The notes under the pieces are model-generated. The model searched no databases and was not told where the DNA came from. It saw nothing but the letters and a program-made list of their open reading frames with translations. A stretch of 64,000 bases of DNA from an uncultured Cytophagales bacterium. GTDB taxonomy: Bacteria > Bacteroidota > Bacteroidia > Cytophagales > JAAEPT01. Both the position numbers and the translations under genes were made by a program. Position 1 is the first letter of the stretch, and every line of letters starts with the position of its first letter. Below, piece by piece: positions 40,453-49,504 of the stretch. Location: assembly GCA_963849955.1 (NCBI GenBank), contig CAWKJU010000022.1, positions 2,406-66,405 on the forward strand. The letters are read 5' to 3'.

Positions 40453-41051
40453 TTAATTATTGATAAAATATTCTTTTAGGTTCCAGACATCACCATTAAA
40501 AAGCTCTTTGCGAATTAAACCCACATGTGGTGCATAATAAGTGACTTTGGGTAGAAGGTTGTAGGTATGTTTTGTTTTTGTGAACCTCTTAACCTGCGTA
40601 TAAACATTGTCTTCAATCGTTAGACTATCTATTCGGTCTGCTATTAACTCACCTTTTAAAAGAATGATGGTGTCATTCTTATAAGAATGAAAATTTGTAG
40701 ATGTTGTAAAGCCAAAATATAAATATGAATCTTTATATGTGTTACCACCTGCATCTGCCCCCCCCAAATTTCGCCTTTATTCAACGATGAATAAAAAACC
40801 ATATTTCTGATTTCATAATCATCTATTTCATCACGAGTAAAATTCTTTTCACTAAAATTTAGAGTTACAGTGTCTAAATCAAGGGTTGCAGAATCCTCAT
40901 ACACCCACCAACTGCCCACAGGCATAAATACATAGGTTTTAATTTCTTCGTTGAAGTAATAGGTTATTTTTCCGCTCTCGTCTGATGAAGGACAAGCGGT
41001 AAATAATACCGAAGTGCTCAGGAGTAAGAATAGGTTTAGTGTATTTTTCAT
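40453..41051 (-). pseudogene. Lipoprotein paralog 3, frameshifted in a G8 homopolymer (phase-OFF allele, pseudogene or sequencing error)
   Basis: ORFs 40656-41051 and 40453-40767 together match paralog 2. Span is 599 nt versus 600 nt for paralog 2. C8 at 40758-40765 needs a ninth base to read EIWGGADAG. Confidence 0.88.
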
Positions 41052-41059
41052 AGTATTAA

Positions 41060-41087
41060 AAGAGTCTTAAAGAGTGACACAAATATA
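41060..41087 (-). promoter_or_regulatory. Repeated promoter/leader of paralog 3
   Basis: Minus strand TATATTTG (consensus -7) then tgtCACTCTTTAAGACTCTT. Confidence 0.65.
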
Positions 41088-41184
41088 AGAAGGATTTATT
41101 GTCATGTGATAATTTTACATGGAAAAGTTGAGAATTGCATTTTTCATAAAAAAGAGATTTAAAACTTAAAACAAAAATTAAAAA

Positions 41185-41856
41185 CTAGTTGGCAATGTGG
41201 TAGTTGACTAAGTTCCACACTTCACCATTAAACATTTCTTTGCGTATTTGACCTACTCCGCTCGCGAAGTAATTTATTTTTGGTATATATGCTGATTTTT
41301 CAAAAGGATAAGTCACTACATAGACACTTTTAAACCCATTAATCTGGTTTATCCACTTTCTCTTCATAATACCATAGGTATTGATTGAATTTCCATAAAC
41401 ATGTAAGGAATCAACATCCCATGAAAAAAAGATTATACCACCTCCAATAGGTGACGGTGAATCCACAACTGTTTCTCTATAAATATTTAGTTCCGTACCT
41501 AGTTCAGAGGTATCCCCAGTATTTGCACAACCGATACTTATGGGATAAGTGAAAGAAGAAGATTCTAGAATCATTCTACAAGATTCAAAATTAAAATCAG
41601 TTTTGTTTGACACCCTAATTTCTATGTTGGATGATTGAACAGAAATAGTATCATATCCCCCAGAAGCTGAATCCTGATACACCCACCAACTACCTACTGG
41701 AAAAACAGTAAATTTTTTTATGGTATCATCCAAATAGTAAGTCGGTTTTCCGTTGTCCCACGGATCTTTCTTTTTTCTTTCTTCGCCATCAAAAAGGCAG
41801 GAGCTTAAAGAAAACACAACCACTAAAAACAGAAAGAGATGTTGTAGTTTTTTCAT
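41185..41856 (-). CDS. Lipoprotein paralog 4 of tandem array (most divergent)
   Basis: Lipobox LSSC; KPTYYL...FPVGSWWVYQDSASG; YFASGVGQIRKEMFNGEVWNL. Confidence 0.85.
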   Translation of the reverse strand: MKKLQHLFLFLVVVFSLSSCLFDGEERKKKDPWDNGKPTYYLDDTIKKFTVFPVGSWWVYQDSASGGYDTISVQSSNIEIRVSNKTDFNFESCRMILESSSFTYPISIGCANTGDTSELGTELNIYRETVVDSPSPIGGGIIFFSWDVDSLHVYGNSINTYGIMKRKWINQINGFKSVYVVTYPFEKSAYIPKINYFASGVGQIRKEMFNGEVWNLVNYHIAN

Positions 41857-42022
41857 TTTTAAAAGAGTCTTAAAGAGTGATGTAAATATAAAATTTATTT
41901 TTTATCATGTATTTTCAAATGAAATTTTTTTACTCTAAGGTTTAAAAAGGTGAAAAGTATTATTGATTAATAAAATAAGTTTTTAGGTGCCAGACCGTAC
42001 CTTTAAAAAGCTTCTGGCGCAC
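41857..42022. repeat. Direct repeat copy B (includes promoter/leader of paralog 4)
   Basis: Matches 39676-39840; contains TATATTTA (41883-41890) and CACTCTTTAAGACTCTT (41863-41879) on the minus strand. Confidence 0.85.
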
Positions 42023-42025
42023 TAT
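41960..42025 (-). pseudogene. 3' remnant of a fifth lipoprotein paralog
   Basis: Minus-strand translation IVRQKLFKGTVWHLKTYFINQ* versus paralog 1 LIRKQLFNATVWNLKTYFINQ*; no room for the rest of the gene before the metK terminator. Confidence 0.8.
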
Positions 42026-42055
42026 GCATATTGCCAGTCTTATGTTTATTAATGC

Positions 42056-42087
42056 AAAAAAAAAGGATAGTGCATAGCACTATCCCT
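42056..42087 (-). terminator. Intrinsic terminator of metK
   Basis: A run followed by ggatagtgc-ata-gcactatcc (hairpin then U tract on the minus strand). Confidence 0.88.
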
Positions 42088-42110
42088 TCAACTTTAGTTT
42101 TTTAAGTCGC

Positions 42111-43316
42111 TTAAATTCCAAAAGCTGCTTTTACTTTATTTACATAATCCAACTTCTCCCAAGTGAAGAACTCTAAACCTTTTTCTGTGTAGGGCTCACG
42201 ACCCATGTGACCATAGGCTGCTGTCGGTAAATAAATTGGGTTTTTCAATTTCAAGCGATTAATTAATCCCTTCGGAGTCATGTCAAAAATCTCCTGAATT
42301 TTTAAGGCAATCTCACCATTAGTCATTTTAACCTTTGATGTTCCGTAGGTATCAACCGTTAAAGAAACTGGTTTAGAAACTCCAATCGCATAAGCTACTT
42401 GAACTAATATTTCATCGCATATTCCAGCGGCAACCACATTTTTAGCAATATGTCGTGCTGCATATGCTGCTGAACGGTCAACCTTTGAAGGGTCTTTTCC
42501 TGAAAATGCACCACCACCGTGGGCACCACGACCTCCGTAGGTGTCTACAATAATTTTTCTTCCCGTTAATCCAGCATCACCATGAGGACCACCAATTACA
42601 AAAATTCCTGTAGGGTTAATGTGGAACTTGGTGTCTTTATCAATAAGCTTAGCGGGAATTACGCGTGGAATTACAATTTCTACTAAGTCTTTACGAATCT
42701 TCTCTAACATCTTGTCAGGTGTATCAAAATCATCGTGCTGAGTAGAAATTACAATGGCATCTATTCGTTCGGGCACATGATCATCAGAATACTGAATCGT
42801 TACCTGAGCTTTAGAATCTGGTCTTAAATAACCGATTACTTCTGGCTCATTTTTTCGAATGTCCGCTAATTCTTTCATGATGCGATGAGATAGCGCCAAT
42901 GCCATAGGCATATATTCTTTGGTTTCTCTATTGGCGTAACCAAACATCATCCCTTGGTCACCAGCACCTTGTTCTTTATCGGTACCAGCACCTTCATCCA
43001 CTCCTTGAGCGATGTCTGGAGATTGTGAATGTAATGAAACCAATACGCCACAAGATTCGGCTTCAAATTTATAATCGGCAGAATTGTAACCAATTTTCTT
43101 AATGGTTTCTCTTGCTACAGTTTGCACATCCACGTATGCTTTTGTGGTGATTTCACCTGCTAACACTACTTGACCAGTAGTAACAAGTGTTTCACAAGCA
43201 ACACGCGAATTCACGTCTTGCGAAAGCATGGCGTCTAAAATAGCGTCTGATATTTGATCGGAAATTTTATCAGGATGACCCTCTGATACCGACTCTGAAG
43301 TAAATAAGTATGACAT
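42111..43316 (-). CDS. metK: S-adenosylmethionine synthetase
   Basis: [48 protein letters not shown]. Confidence 0.98.
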   Translation of the reverse strand: MSYLFTSESVSEGHPDKISDQISDAILDAMLSQDVNSRVACETLVTTGQVVLAGEITTKAYVDVQTVARETIKKIGYNSADYKFEAESCGVLVSLHSQSPDIAQGVDEGAGTDKEQGAGDQGMMFGYANRETKEYMPMALALSHRIMKELADIRKNEPEVIGYLRPDSKAQVTIQYSDDHVPERIDAIVISTQHDDFDTPDKMLEKIRKDLVEIVIPRVIPAKLIDKDTKFHINPTGIFVIGGPHGDAGLTGRKIIVDTYGGRGAHGGGAFSGKDPSKVDRSAAYAARHIAKNVVAAGICDEILVQVAYAIGVSKPVSLTVDTYGTSKVKMTNGEIALKIQEIFDMTPKGLINRLKLKNPIYLPTAAYGHMGREPYTEKGLEFFTWEKLDYVNKVKAAFGI

Positions 43317-43339
43317 TAACTATAAAATTTTTACGGATT

Positions 43340-43347
43340 CAAAATTA
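43340..43347 (-). promoter_or_regulatory. Bacteroidota -7 promoter element of metK
   Basis: Minus strand TAATTTTG, 23 nt upstream of the ATG. Confidence 0.55.
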
Positions 43348-43361
43348 TAAATTTTTATATA

Positions 43362-44072
43362 CTATCGAACAGTTTGTGCAAGTAATAAAAAAACAGTAGG
43401 CTGTTTATGTAAATCAATGGTCTGTTTCTTCCAAGCATGTATTGGCATTGTTTTAATATACGCCTTTTCGTCAGTTACATTTGATGCTACACAGAGCAAG
43501 GTATCTGCACTACATTGTTTGATCAAATCCTCCAACATATGATTGTTGCGGAAGGGGGTTTCAATAAAAATCTGTGTCTGTCGGTTTGACGCACTTAAAG
43601 CCTCCACCACCTTTATTTGTGCAATCCGTTTTGGACGGTCAATAGGTAAATAACCGTGAAAAGTAAACGATTGTCCGTTTAAGCCTGAGCCCATGAGCGC
43701 CATTATAATAGAGGAAGGGCCCACTAATGGTTCCACCTTCCATTTTTTCTCATGTGCTATTTGCACGGCCAAGGCTCCCGGGTCAGCCACTCCGGGACAA
43801 CCTGCTTCGGACATAACGCCTATGGTTTTGATTTTTGGGTTGGTGAAAAAGTGAAGAATCTGTTCTTTTTTAGTTTTTTTATCTAATGTCTCAAATCGTA
43901 AGTCTTCAATTGTAAGTCCCAATCGCAAACTACTCACATACCTGCGAGCAGTACGGACTTCTTCCACTAAGAACATATCGCAAGCCAATACGGCTTCTTT
44001 TACTTGTTCAGGTATTACTTTTTCAACAGTATTTTCAGCGAGGGGTAGTGGTATTAGTAGTAGTTTACTCAT
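43362..44072 (-). CDS. RsmI-like / tetrapyrrole methylase family SAM-dependent methyltransferase
   Basis: SEAGCPGVADPG, PLVGPSS, SGLNGQSFTFHGYLP, QIFIETPFRN. Confidence 0.88.
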   Translation of the reverse strand: MSKLLLIPLPLAENTVEKVIPEQVKEAVLACDMFLVEEVRTARRYVSSLRLGLTIEDLRFETLDKKTKKEQILHFFTNPKIKTIGVMSEAGCPGVADPGALAVQIAHEKKWKVEPLVGPSSIIMALMGSGLNGQSFTFHGYLPIDRPKRIAQIKVVEALSASNRQTQIFIETPFRNNHMLEDLIKQCSADTLLCVASNVTDEKAYIKTMPIHAWKKQTIDLHKQPTVFLLLAQTVR

Positions 44073-44832
44073 TTAACATTGCGTATAAAACGTCCATAAA
44101 TTCATTGGGTTTCTCTGCATGTACCCAATGTCCTGCTCCTTTTATTGAAGCTATTTTTGCTTGAGGAAAATGTTGCATTATTACTTGTCGATCTCCTCGT
44201 TGTATATAATCTGATGCCGCTCCACCTATGAAATAGGTTGGTCCATCAAACACTTGATTTTTCTCCAATGGCTGACCTATTTCATTGATGTTCTTTTCAA
44301 TTACCGACAAGTTATGTTTCCATTGAAAGTTGGATCCATCTATGCGATCTAAATTTTTTAATAAAAACTGGCGCACTCCTGCATTATCAACCAAAGGCAT
44401 CATACGCTCTTCAGCTTCTTTTCTGCTGGTCACTGTTTGTACTTTTACACTATGAAAAGCATTCATTATAGTTTCGTGATGCGGTGGGTAATATTTAGGA
44501 GCGATATCTACAATAATTAATTTATCAACCATTTCAGGATACTTAGTCGCAAACAGCATCGCATTTTTCCCACCCATTGAATGCCCCATAATAATGGCAG
44601 AAGCTAGATGTTGTTGCTCTATAAATTCCTTCAAATCCTCCGACATCACGTCATAGTTAAATTCATCGCTATGTGGTGATTTACCATGATTACGTTGATC
44701 CACTAAATAAACTTCGTATCCGTTTTCAGACAACATTTTTCCAGCAGTAATCCAATTATCCAAGGTGCCAAATAATCCATGAAGGATAACAAGCGGCTTT
44801 CCTTCACCCAGTTTTTTAAAGTTCAGTTTCAT
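44065..44832 (-). CDS. Alpha/beta hydrolase (YbfF/ABHD11-like esterase)
   Basis: [33 protein letters not shown]. Confidence 0.9.
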   Translation of the reverse strand: MKLNFKKLGEGKPLVILHGLFGTLDNWITAGKMLSENGYEVYLVDQRNHGKSPHSDEFNYDVMSEDLKEFIEQQHLASAIIMGHSMGGKNAMLFATKYPEMVDKLIIVDIAPKYYPPHHETIMNAFHSVKVQTVTSRKEAEERMMPLVDNAGVRQFLLKNLDRIDGSNFQWKHNLSVIEKNINEIGQPLEKNQVFDGPTYFIGGAASDYIQRGDRQVIMQHFPQAKIASIKGAGHWVHAEKPNEFMDVLYAMLNE

Positions 44833-45542
44833 TTCAGTTGTCTTAAATACAATTGAATCGTGTTTTCTAATCCTAAATATAACGCATCACAAATCAATGC
44901 GTGACCGATGGATACTTCTTTTAATCCTTCAATGTTTTGATGAAAATAAGCTAAGTTATCCAGATCCAAATCATGTCCAGCATTAATTTCTAACCCCGCA
45001 CTTGTAGCAACTTTAGCCGTTTCGGAATAATGCTCAATCGCCTGTTCCGGGTTTTTATGATATGCTAGTGCATAGCTTTCAGTATATAACTCTATTCGAT
45101 CGGTGCCTGTTTGCAATGCCGACTCAATTAAACTTGGATTCGGATCTAAGAAAATTGAAGTCCGTATTCCTAACGCTTTAAACTCAGCTACCAAATCAGT
45201 CAAATAAGCCTGGTGCTTAATAGTATCCCAACCTGCATTCGAAGTAATAGCATCAGGAGCATCAGGAACCAACGTCACTTGGTGTGGCACTGTTTCACGA
45301 ACCAATTGCATAAATCGTTGGTCAGGATTGCCTTCAATATTTAATTCGGTAGTCACAACTTTTTTAAGCGCTACTACATCCGTATATCGAATGTGTCGCT
45401 CATCGGGCCGTGGGTGCACGGTGATTCCTTCTGCACCAAACTTTTCGCAATTCATTGCCGTCTTAATGACATCAGGATTATTACCTCCTCGCGAATTTCT
45501 GATCACCGCTATCTTATTGATATTTACACTAAGCTTAGTCAT
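44829..45542 (-). CDS. pdxJ: Pyridoxine 5'-phosphate synthase
   Basis: [41 protein letters not shown]. Confidence 0.96.
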   Translation of the reverse strand: MTKLSVNINKIAVIRNSRGGNNPDVIKTAMNCEKFGAEGITVHPRPDERHIRYTDVVALKKVVTTELNIEGNPDQRFMQLVRETVPHQVTLVPDAPDAITSNAGWDTIKHQAYLTDLVAEFKALGIRTSIFLDPNPSLIESALQTGTDRIELYTESYALAYHKNPEQAIEHYSETAKVATSAGLEINAGHDLDLDNLAYFHQNIEGLKEVSIGHALICDALYLGLENTIQLYLRQLK

Positions 45543-45596
45543 GCTACTGAATTTGTATTAAATTTGAACAAATTAACAGAAAATAAGCTACACGAA

Positions 45597-46046
45597 ATGG
45601 GTTTAAAGGAACAAATTGATGCAGACATCAAAAAAGCGATGTTGGCAAAAGATAAAGACGGTTTGAGAGCACTTCGCGCATTGAAGTCATCAATATTACT
45701 GGCAGAAACTGAAAAAGGCAATGAGGGACAGTTATCTCCTGAAAAAGAATTGAACCTATTAATGAAATCAGCAAAACAACGAAAAGAGTCTGCGGAGATT
45801 TATAAACAACAAAACCGTGAAGACTTAATGGAAACTGAGTTGATTGAGTTAGAAATCATTGAAAGATACCTTCCTAAACAACTTTCTGATGATGAGTTAA
45901 AAGCTAAACTTGCTGAAATTATAGCTAAAGTTGGTGCCTCGGGTCCTGCTGACATGGGAAAAGTGATGGGTGTGGCTTCAAAAGAACTTTCTGGCGGTGC
46001 CGATGGACGAAGAATTTCAACAACTGTAAAAGAATTGTTAGGCTAA
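45597..46046 (+). CDS. GatB/YqeY domain-containing protein
   Basis: Start taken at ATG 45597 (MGLKEQIDADIKKAM); KQRKES...YLPKQLS...DMGKVMG...ADG. TAAATTTG at 45559-45566 is a plausible promoter. Confidence 0.93.
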   Translation: MGLKEQIDADIKKAMLAKDKDGLRALRALKSSILLAETEKGNEGQLSPEKELNLLMKSAKQRKESAEIYKQQNREDLMETELIELEIIERYLPKQLSDDELKAKLAEIIAKVGASGPADMGKVMGVASKELSGGADGRRISTTVKELLG

Positions 46047-46049
46047 GTC

Positions 46050-46577
46050 TTGAAATTACTCGATATCATCATATTAGTTCCTCTTTTATGGGGTGCTTAT
46101 AAAGGTTTTACAAAAGGGTTTGTGATGGAGGTTGTAAGTCTGCTCGCTTTTGTTTTAGCGATTCTTATTGCTTTCAAAACCTTACATCTTGGCATCGAGT
46201 TAATACGACCCTACATCAGTGCGGAAAGTTTTCTGCCTTTAATTTCTTTTGTACTTATCTTTATCGCTGTCGTTTTACTTATTAATCTGGCAGGGAAACT
46301 CATCAAAAAATTCCTTGACATTACCTTATTAGGTAAAGTAGACGATATTGCTGGTGCGGTTTTAGGTGCTTTAAAATGGGCATTTGGTTTAAGTACCATA
46401 TTATGGTTGATGAACCAAGCTCAAATTGTTGTACCAAATGATGTTGTAGAAGACTCCATCTTATTTCCTTATTTGGTTAAATATGGCCCCTCACTGATAA
46501 ATACGGTTTCTGAAATTGTGCCTTATGGACGTGGTATAGTTGACGCTATTAATGAACTGTTAGTTCCGCTCCAATGA
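46050..46577 (+). CDS. CvpA family membrane protein
   Basis: TTG start; DIIIL...GAYKGFTKGFVME...DDIAGAVLG pattern, 4 TM helices. Confidence 0.88.
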   Translation: MKLLDIIILVPLLWGAYKGFTKGFVMEVVSLLAFVLAILIAFKTLHLGIELIRPYISAESFLPLISFVLIFIAVVLLINLAGKLIKKFLDITLLGKVDDIAGAVLGALKWAFGLSTILWLMNQAQIVVPNDVVEDSILFPYLVKYGPSLINTVSEIVPYGRGIVDAINELLVPLQ

Positions 46578-47143
46578 TTTTAATCATCGACAACTACGAC
46601 TCTTTTACGCTTAACCTGGCGGAATATTTTCATCGACTCGGCAAAGAAACTCATGTGTTAAGAAATGATTTGCCCCTTGAAAAGTATTGTGAAATGGAGT
46701 ATGAAGGTGTCATTCTCTCTCCAGGACCACAACTCCCTACAAATGCGAATCAACTTTTATCAATCATCGAATATTATGAAAAAAGTCACCCTATACTAGG
46801 TATTTGCCTAGGTCATCAAGCACTAAACGAATTTTATGGCGGGTCGTTAAGGAAATTGCCCCAACCAAAACATGGTAAAGTTTCTGAAGTCAGTCACACA
46901 CAATCGGCTGTTTTTGAACATCTTTCCAGTCCTTTATCCGTTGTTCGCTATCACTCTTGGGAAATAAATAAACTTGCAACCCCACTCAAGCCGCTGGCTC
47001 ATGCTATGGATGACAATAGCATTATGGCTTTTAGCCATTTAACTAAACCGATTACTGGAATTCAGTTTCATCCTGAATCAATTTTAACGACCTTTGGGAT
47101 GGATATTTTAAAAAATTGGTTAATTGTAAACACTATTTCTTAA
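46574..47143 (+). CDS. Anthranilate/aminodeoxychorismate synthase component II (glutamine amidotransferase)
   Basis: IDNYDSFT, LSPGP, LGICLGHQ, RYHS, GIQFHPES; pabA versus trpG cannot be resolved from sequence alone. Confidence 0.92.
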   Translation: MILIIDNYDSFTLNLAEYFHRLGKETHVLRNDLPLEKYCEMEYEGVILSPGPQLPTNANQLLSIIEYYEKSHPILGICLGHQALNEFYGGSLRKLPQPKHGKVSEVSHTQSAVFEHLSSPLSVVRYHSWEINKLATPLKPLAHAMDDNSIMAFSHLTKPITGIQFHPESILTTFGMDILKNWLIVNTIS

Positions 47144-47168
47144 TTTGTAACCCATAAATTGTTGAAAT

Positions 47169-47924
47169 ATGTCATTCACACTAAAACAAGAAGGTAAATT
47201 TAAATTCATAGACGAAGGTGAGGGGGAACCTTTGCTTCTGCTACATGGGTTGTTTGGTGCTTTAAGCAATTGGGATGGCGTAATCAAACACTTTAGCAAA
47301 AACTATCGGGTCATTATTCCAATGATTCCTATTTATACCATCAATATTACCCAAGCCACCATAAAAGGACTTACCAGATACGTTGAACGTTTTATCCAGT
47401 TTAAAGAACTAAAAAACTTTACGCTCATCGGAAATTCTTTAGGAGGCCATCTTGGGCTTGTGTATACTTTAAAAAATCAAAACAACGTCAAACGACTTGT
47501 GTTAACAGGTAGTTCTGGCTTATTTGAAGACACTATGGGAGGCAGTTTCCCTAGAAGAGGCAATTACGATTTTGTTGCAGACCGTGTGGCTTATACTTTT
47601 TACGACCCAAAAATAGCTACTAAAGAATTAGTTGATGATGTGTTTGAAGTCACTAAAAGCACACCAAAGTGCCTTCGTATGATTTCAATTGCTCGTTCAG
47701 CTCAACGCCATAATCTGTCGGACGATTTACCTACGTTGAAACTCCCTACATTGCTTATTTGGGGATTAAATGATACCATAACACCACCAATGGTCGGTCA
47801 TGAATTCAATCGGCTTATTCCCAACTCCACATTAAAATTTGTTGATAAGTGCGGACACGCTCCTATGATGGAGCGTCCAGAAAAGTTTAACGAGTTATTT
47901 GAGGATTTTCTGAAGCAACTATGA
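47169..47924 (+). CDS. Alpha/beta fold hydrolase
   Basis: HGLFG, GNSLGG nucleophile elbow, D in WGLND, CGHAPMME. Confidence 0.9.
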   Translation: MSFTLKQEGKFKFIDEGEGEPLLLLHGLFGALSNWDGVIKHFSKNYRVIIPMIPIYTINITQATIKGLTRYVERFIQFKELKNFTLIGNSLGGHLGLVYTLKNQNNVKRLVLTGSSGLFEDTMGGSFPRRGNYDFVADRVAYTFYDPKIATKELVDDVFEVTKSTPKCLRMISIARSAQRHNLSDDLPTLKLPTLLIWGLNDTITPPMVGHEFNRLIPNSTLKFVDKCGHAPMMERPEKFNELFEDFLKQL

Positions 47925-48586
47925 TAGCTAGCAATTTCATCAACCCAAATATTCCCTCCCTAAAACCTACTGATAGCTCTCAAAGAGCGTTAGACTTTAT
48001 GGAGGAATTTAAATTATACCATCTACCAGTGGTGTATAAAGAACAGTATTTAGGGATAATCTCTGAAACTGTATTGCTGAATGACTACGATACTTCCGGA
48101 TCTGTTTCTAACTACAAACTCGACTTTCAGAACGTATCCCTATCACCAATGCACTATATCTATGATATTACGCACGTGTTAGTTCATAATAAACTATCGA
48201 TAGTACCAATCATCAATTCTCAAGAATCGTTTGAAGGTGTAGTAACTTTTGAAGACGTCTTAAAAGGTTACGGTACATGGAGTGCTAGCCGAAGTCCCGG
48301 TAGTGTCTTTGAAATTTTACTTAAATCCAATGATTATTCGTTAGGCGAAATATCCCGTATTATTGAATCTAATGGTGCTCGTTTGTTGAGTAGCTTTATT
48401 CGAACTTATAATGATGATCCCACCCAATTATTATTAAGTATTAAATTAGATAAAGAAAATGTACCAAGTGTTTTTGCGGCACTTGAACGACATGAATATA
48501 ACATAGTAGGAAAATATGGAAAAACAGACGAGCGTGATGATGATATCGATCGTCTACAACACCTTTTTAAGTATTTGAATACTTAA
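47921..48586 (+). CDS. CBS domain-containing protein (AcuB-like, C-terminal ACT-like domain)
   Basis: HLPVV...YLGIISE and IVPII...FEGVVT CBS pair; DYSLGEISRIIESN. Confidence 0.85.
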   Translation: MIASNFINPNIPSLKPTDSSQRALDFMEEFKLYHLPVVYKEQYLGIISETVLLNDYDTSGSVSNYKLDFQNVSLSPMHYIYDITHVLVHNKLSIVPIINSQESFEGVVTFEDVLKGYGTWSASRSPGSVFEILLKSNDYSLGEISRIIESNGARLLSSFIRTYNDDPTQLLLSIKLDKENVPSVFAALERHEYNIVGKYGKTDERDDDIDRLQHLFKYLNT

Positions 48587-48625
48587 TTTCTTAGATTTAG
48601 CCCATCACTAAATTATCAAGCATTT

Positions 48626-49498
48626 ATGCGAATCGCTATTTTTGGACGTACATTCAATAAAAGTTGTATCCCTTACATCCAACAAATATTTGATATTTTA
48701 AAGGAGAAAGAAGTAACGTATTTTGTGATTGATCCGCTCTATCAATTTTTGAGCAAGAACGATGTGGTAATGGATACTACAGTCTTTGAAGGAAAAGCAG
48801 ATCTTCCAGAAATTGATTTTGCCTTCAGCATAGGCGGAGATGGTACATTATTAGAAACTGTTACTTACATCGAAAGTCGACAAACCCCTATCTTAGCTAT
48901 TAATGCGGGAAGACTGGGCTTTATGGCCACTGTCCAAATTGAAAAAATTAGCTCATCGTTAGAAAAATTCTTCAATAAAGAGTACACAGTTAGTGAAAGA
49001 ATATTGGTTCAGATGAATACTGAAGACAAGTTGTTTGGAGAAGATAACTTTGCCTTAAATGAATTTGCTATTCTAAAAAGGGATTCTTCCTCTATGATTG
49101 TGATTCAAGCTTACATCAATGGGGAGTTTCTAAATACTTACTGGGCTGATGGTTTAATCGTCTCAACCCCTACAGGCTCAACTGGATATTCCTTAAGTTG
49201 TGGGGGACCACTCGTAATGCCCACCACCAACAACTTCATCATTGCTCCTATAAACCCTCATAATTTAAACGTGAGACCACTTATTGTTCCAGATGACTGC
49301 ACTTTGAGTTTTAAAATTGAAGGTAGAAGCAAAAGCTTTTTGGTTTCGCTTGACTATCGTTCAAAAAAAATAGGGGCAAATAAAGAAATAATAGTTTCTA
49401 AGGCAGATTTTAAAACCAAACTCATTGAAATCGAGGAATCTAACTACTTTAATGTACTTAGAAACAAACTTAATTGGGGGCTAGATGCTAGAAACTAG
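48626..49498 (+). CDS. nadK: NAD kinase
   Basis: GGDGT, GRLGF, ALNE, ADGLIVSTPTGSTGYSLSCGGP. Confidence 0.96.
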   Translation: MRIAIFGRTFNKSCIPYIQQIFDILKEKEVTYFVIDPLYQFLSKNDVVMDTTVFEGKADLPEIDFAFSIGGDGTLLETVTYIESRQTPILAINAGRLGFMATVQIEKISSSLEKFFNKEYTVSERILVQMNTEDKLFGEDNFALNEFAILKRDSSSMIVIQAYINGEFLNTYWADGLIVSTPTGSTGYSLSCGGPLVMPTTNNFIIAPINPHNLNVRPLIVPDDCTLSFKIEGRSKSFLVSLDYRSKKIGANKEIIVSKADFKTKLIEIEESNYFNVLRNKLNWGLDARN

Positions 49499-49504
49499 AT
49501 ATAT

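Noticed and set aside
39599-41938. Similar short + strand ORFs at 39599-39790 and 41753-41938
   Set aside because: Their similarity comes from the duplicated spacer and antisense signal-peptide sequence.
34543-42025. Prophage, integron or mobile island
   Set aside because: No integrase, transposase, tRNA target, attC-like palindromes or flanking target duplication seen; accessory status is inferred from gene content only.
39061-42025. Diversity-generating retroelement (template/variable repeat pair)
   Set aside because: No reverse transcriptase in the window, and differences between copies are not confined to adenines.
43316-43362. SAM riboswitch upstream of metK
   Set aside because: The 45-nt AT-rich spacer holds a -7 box only 23 nt from the ATG; no room or structure for a riboswitch.
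45393-45596. N-terminal extension of the YqeY ORF in the track
   Set aside because: Overlaps pdxJ on the opposite strand; family similarity starts at ATG 45597.
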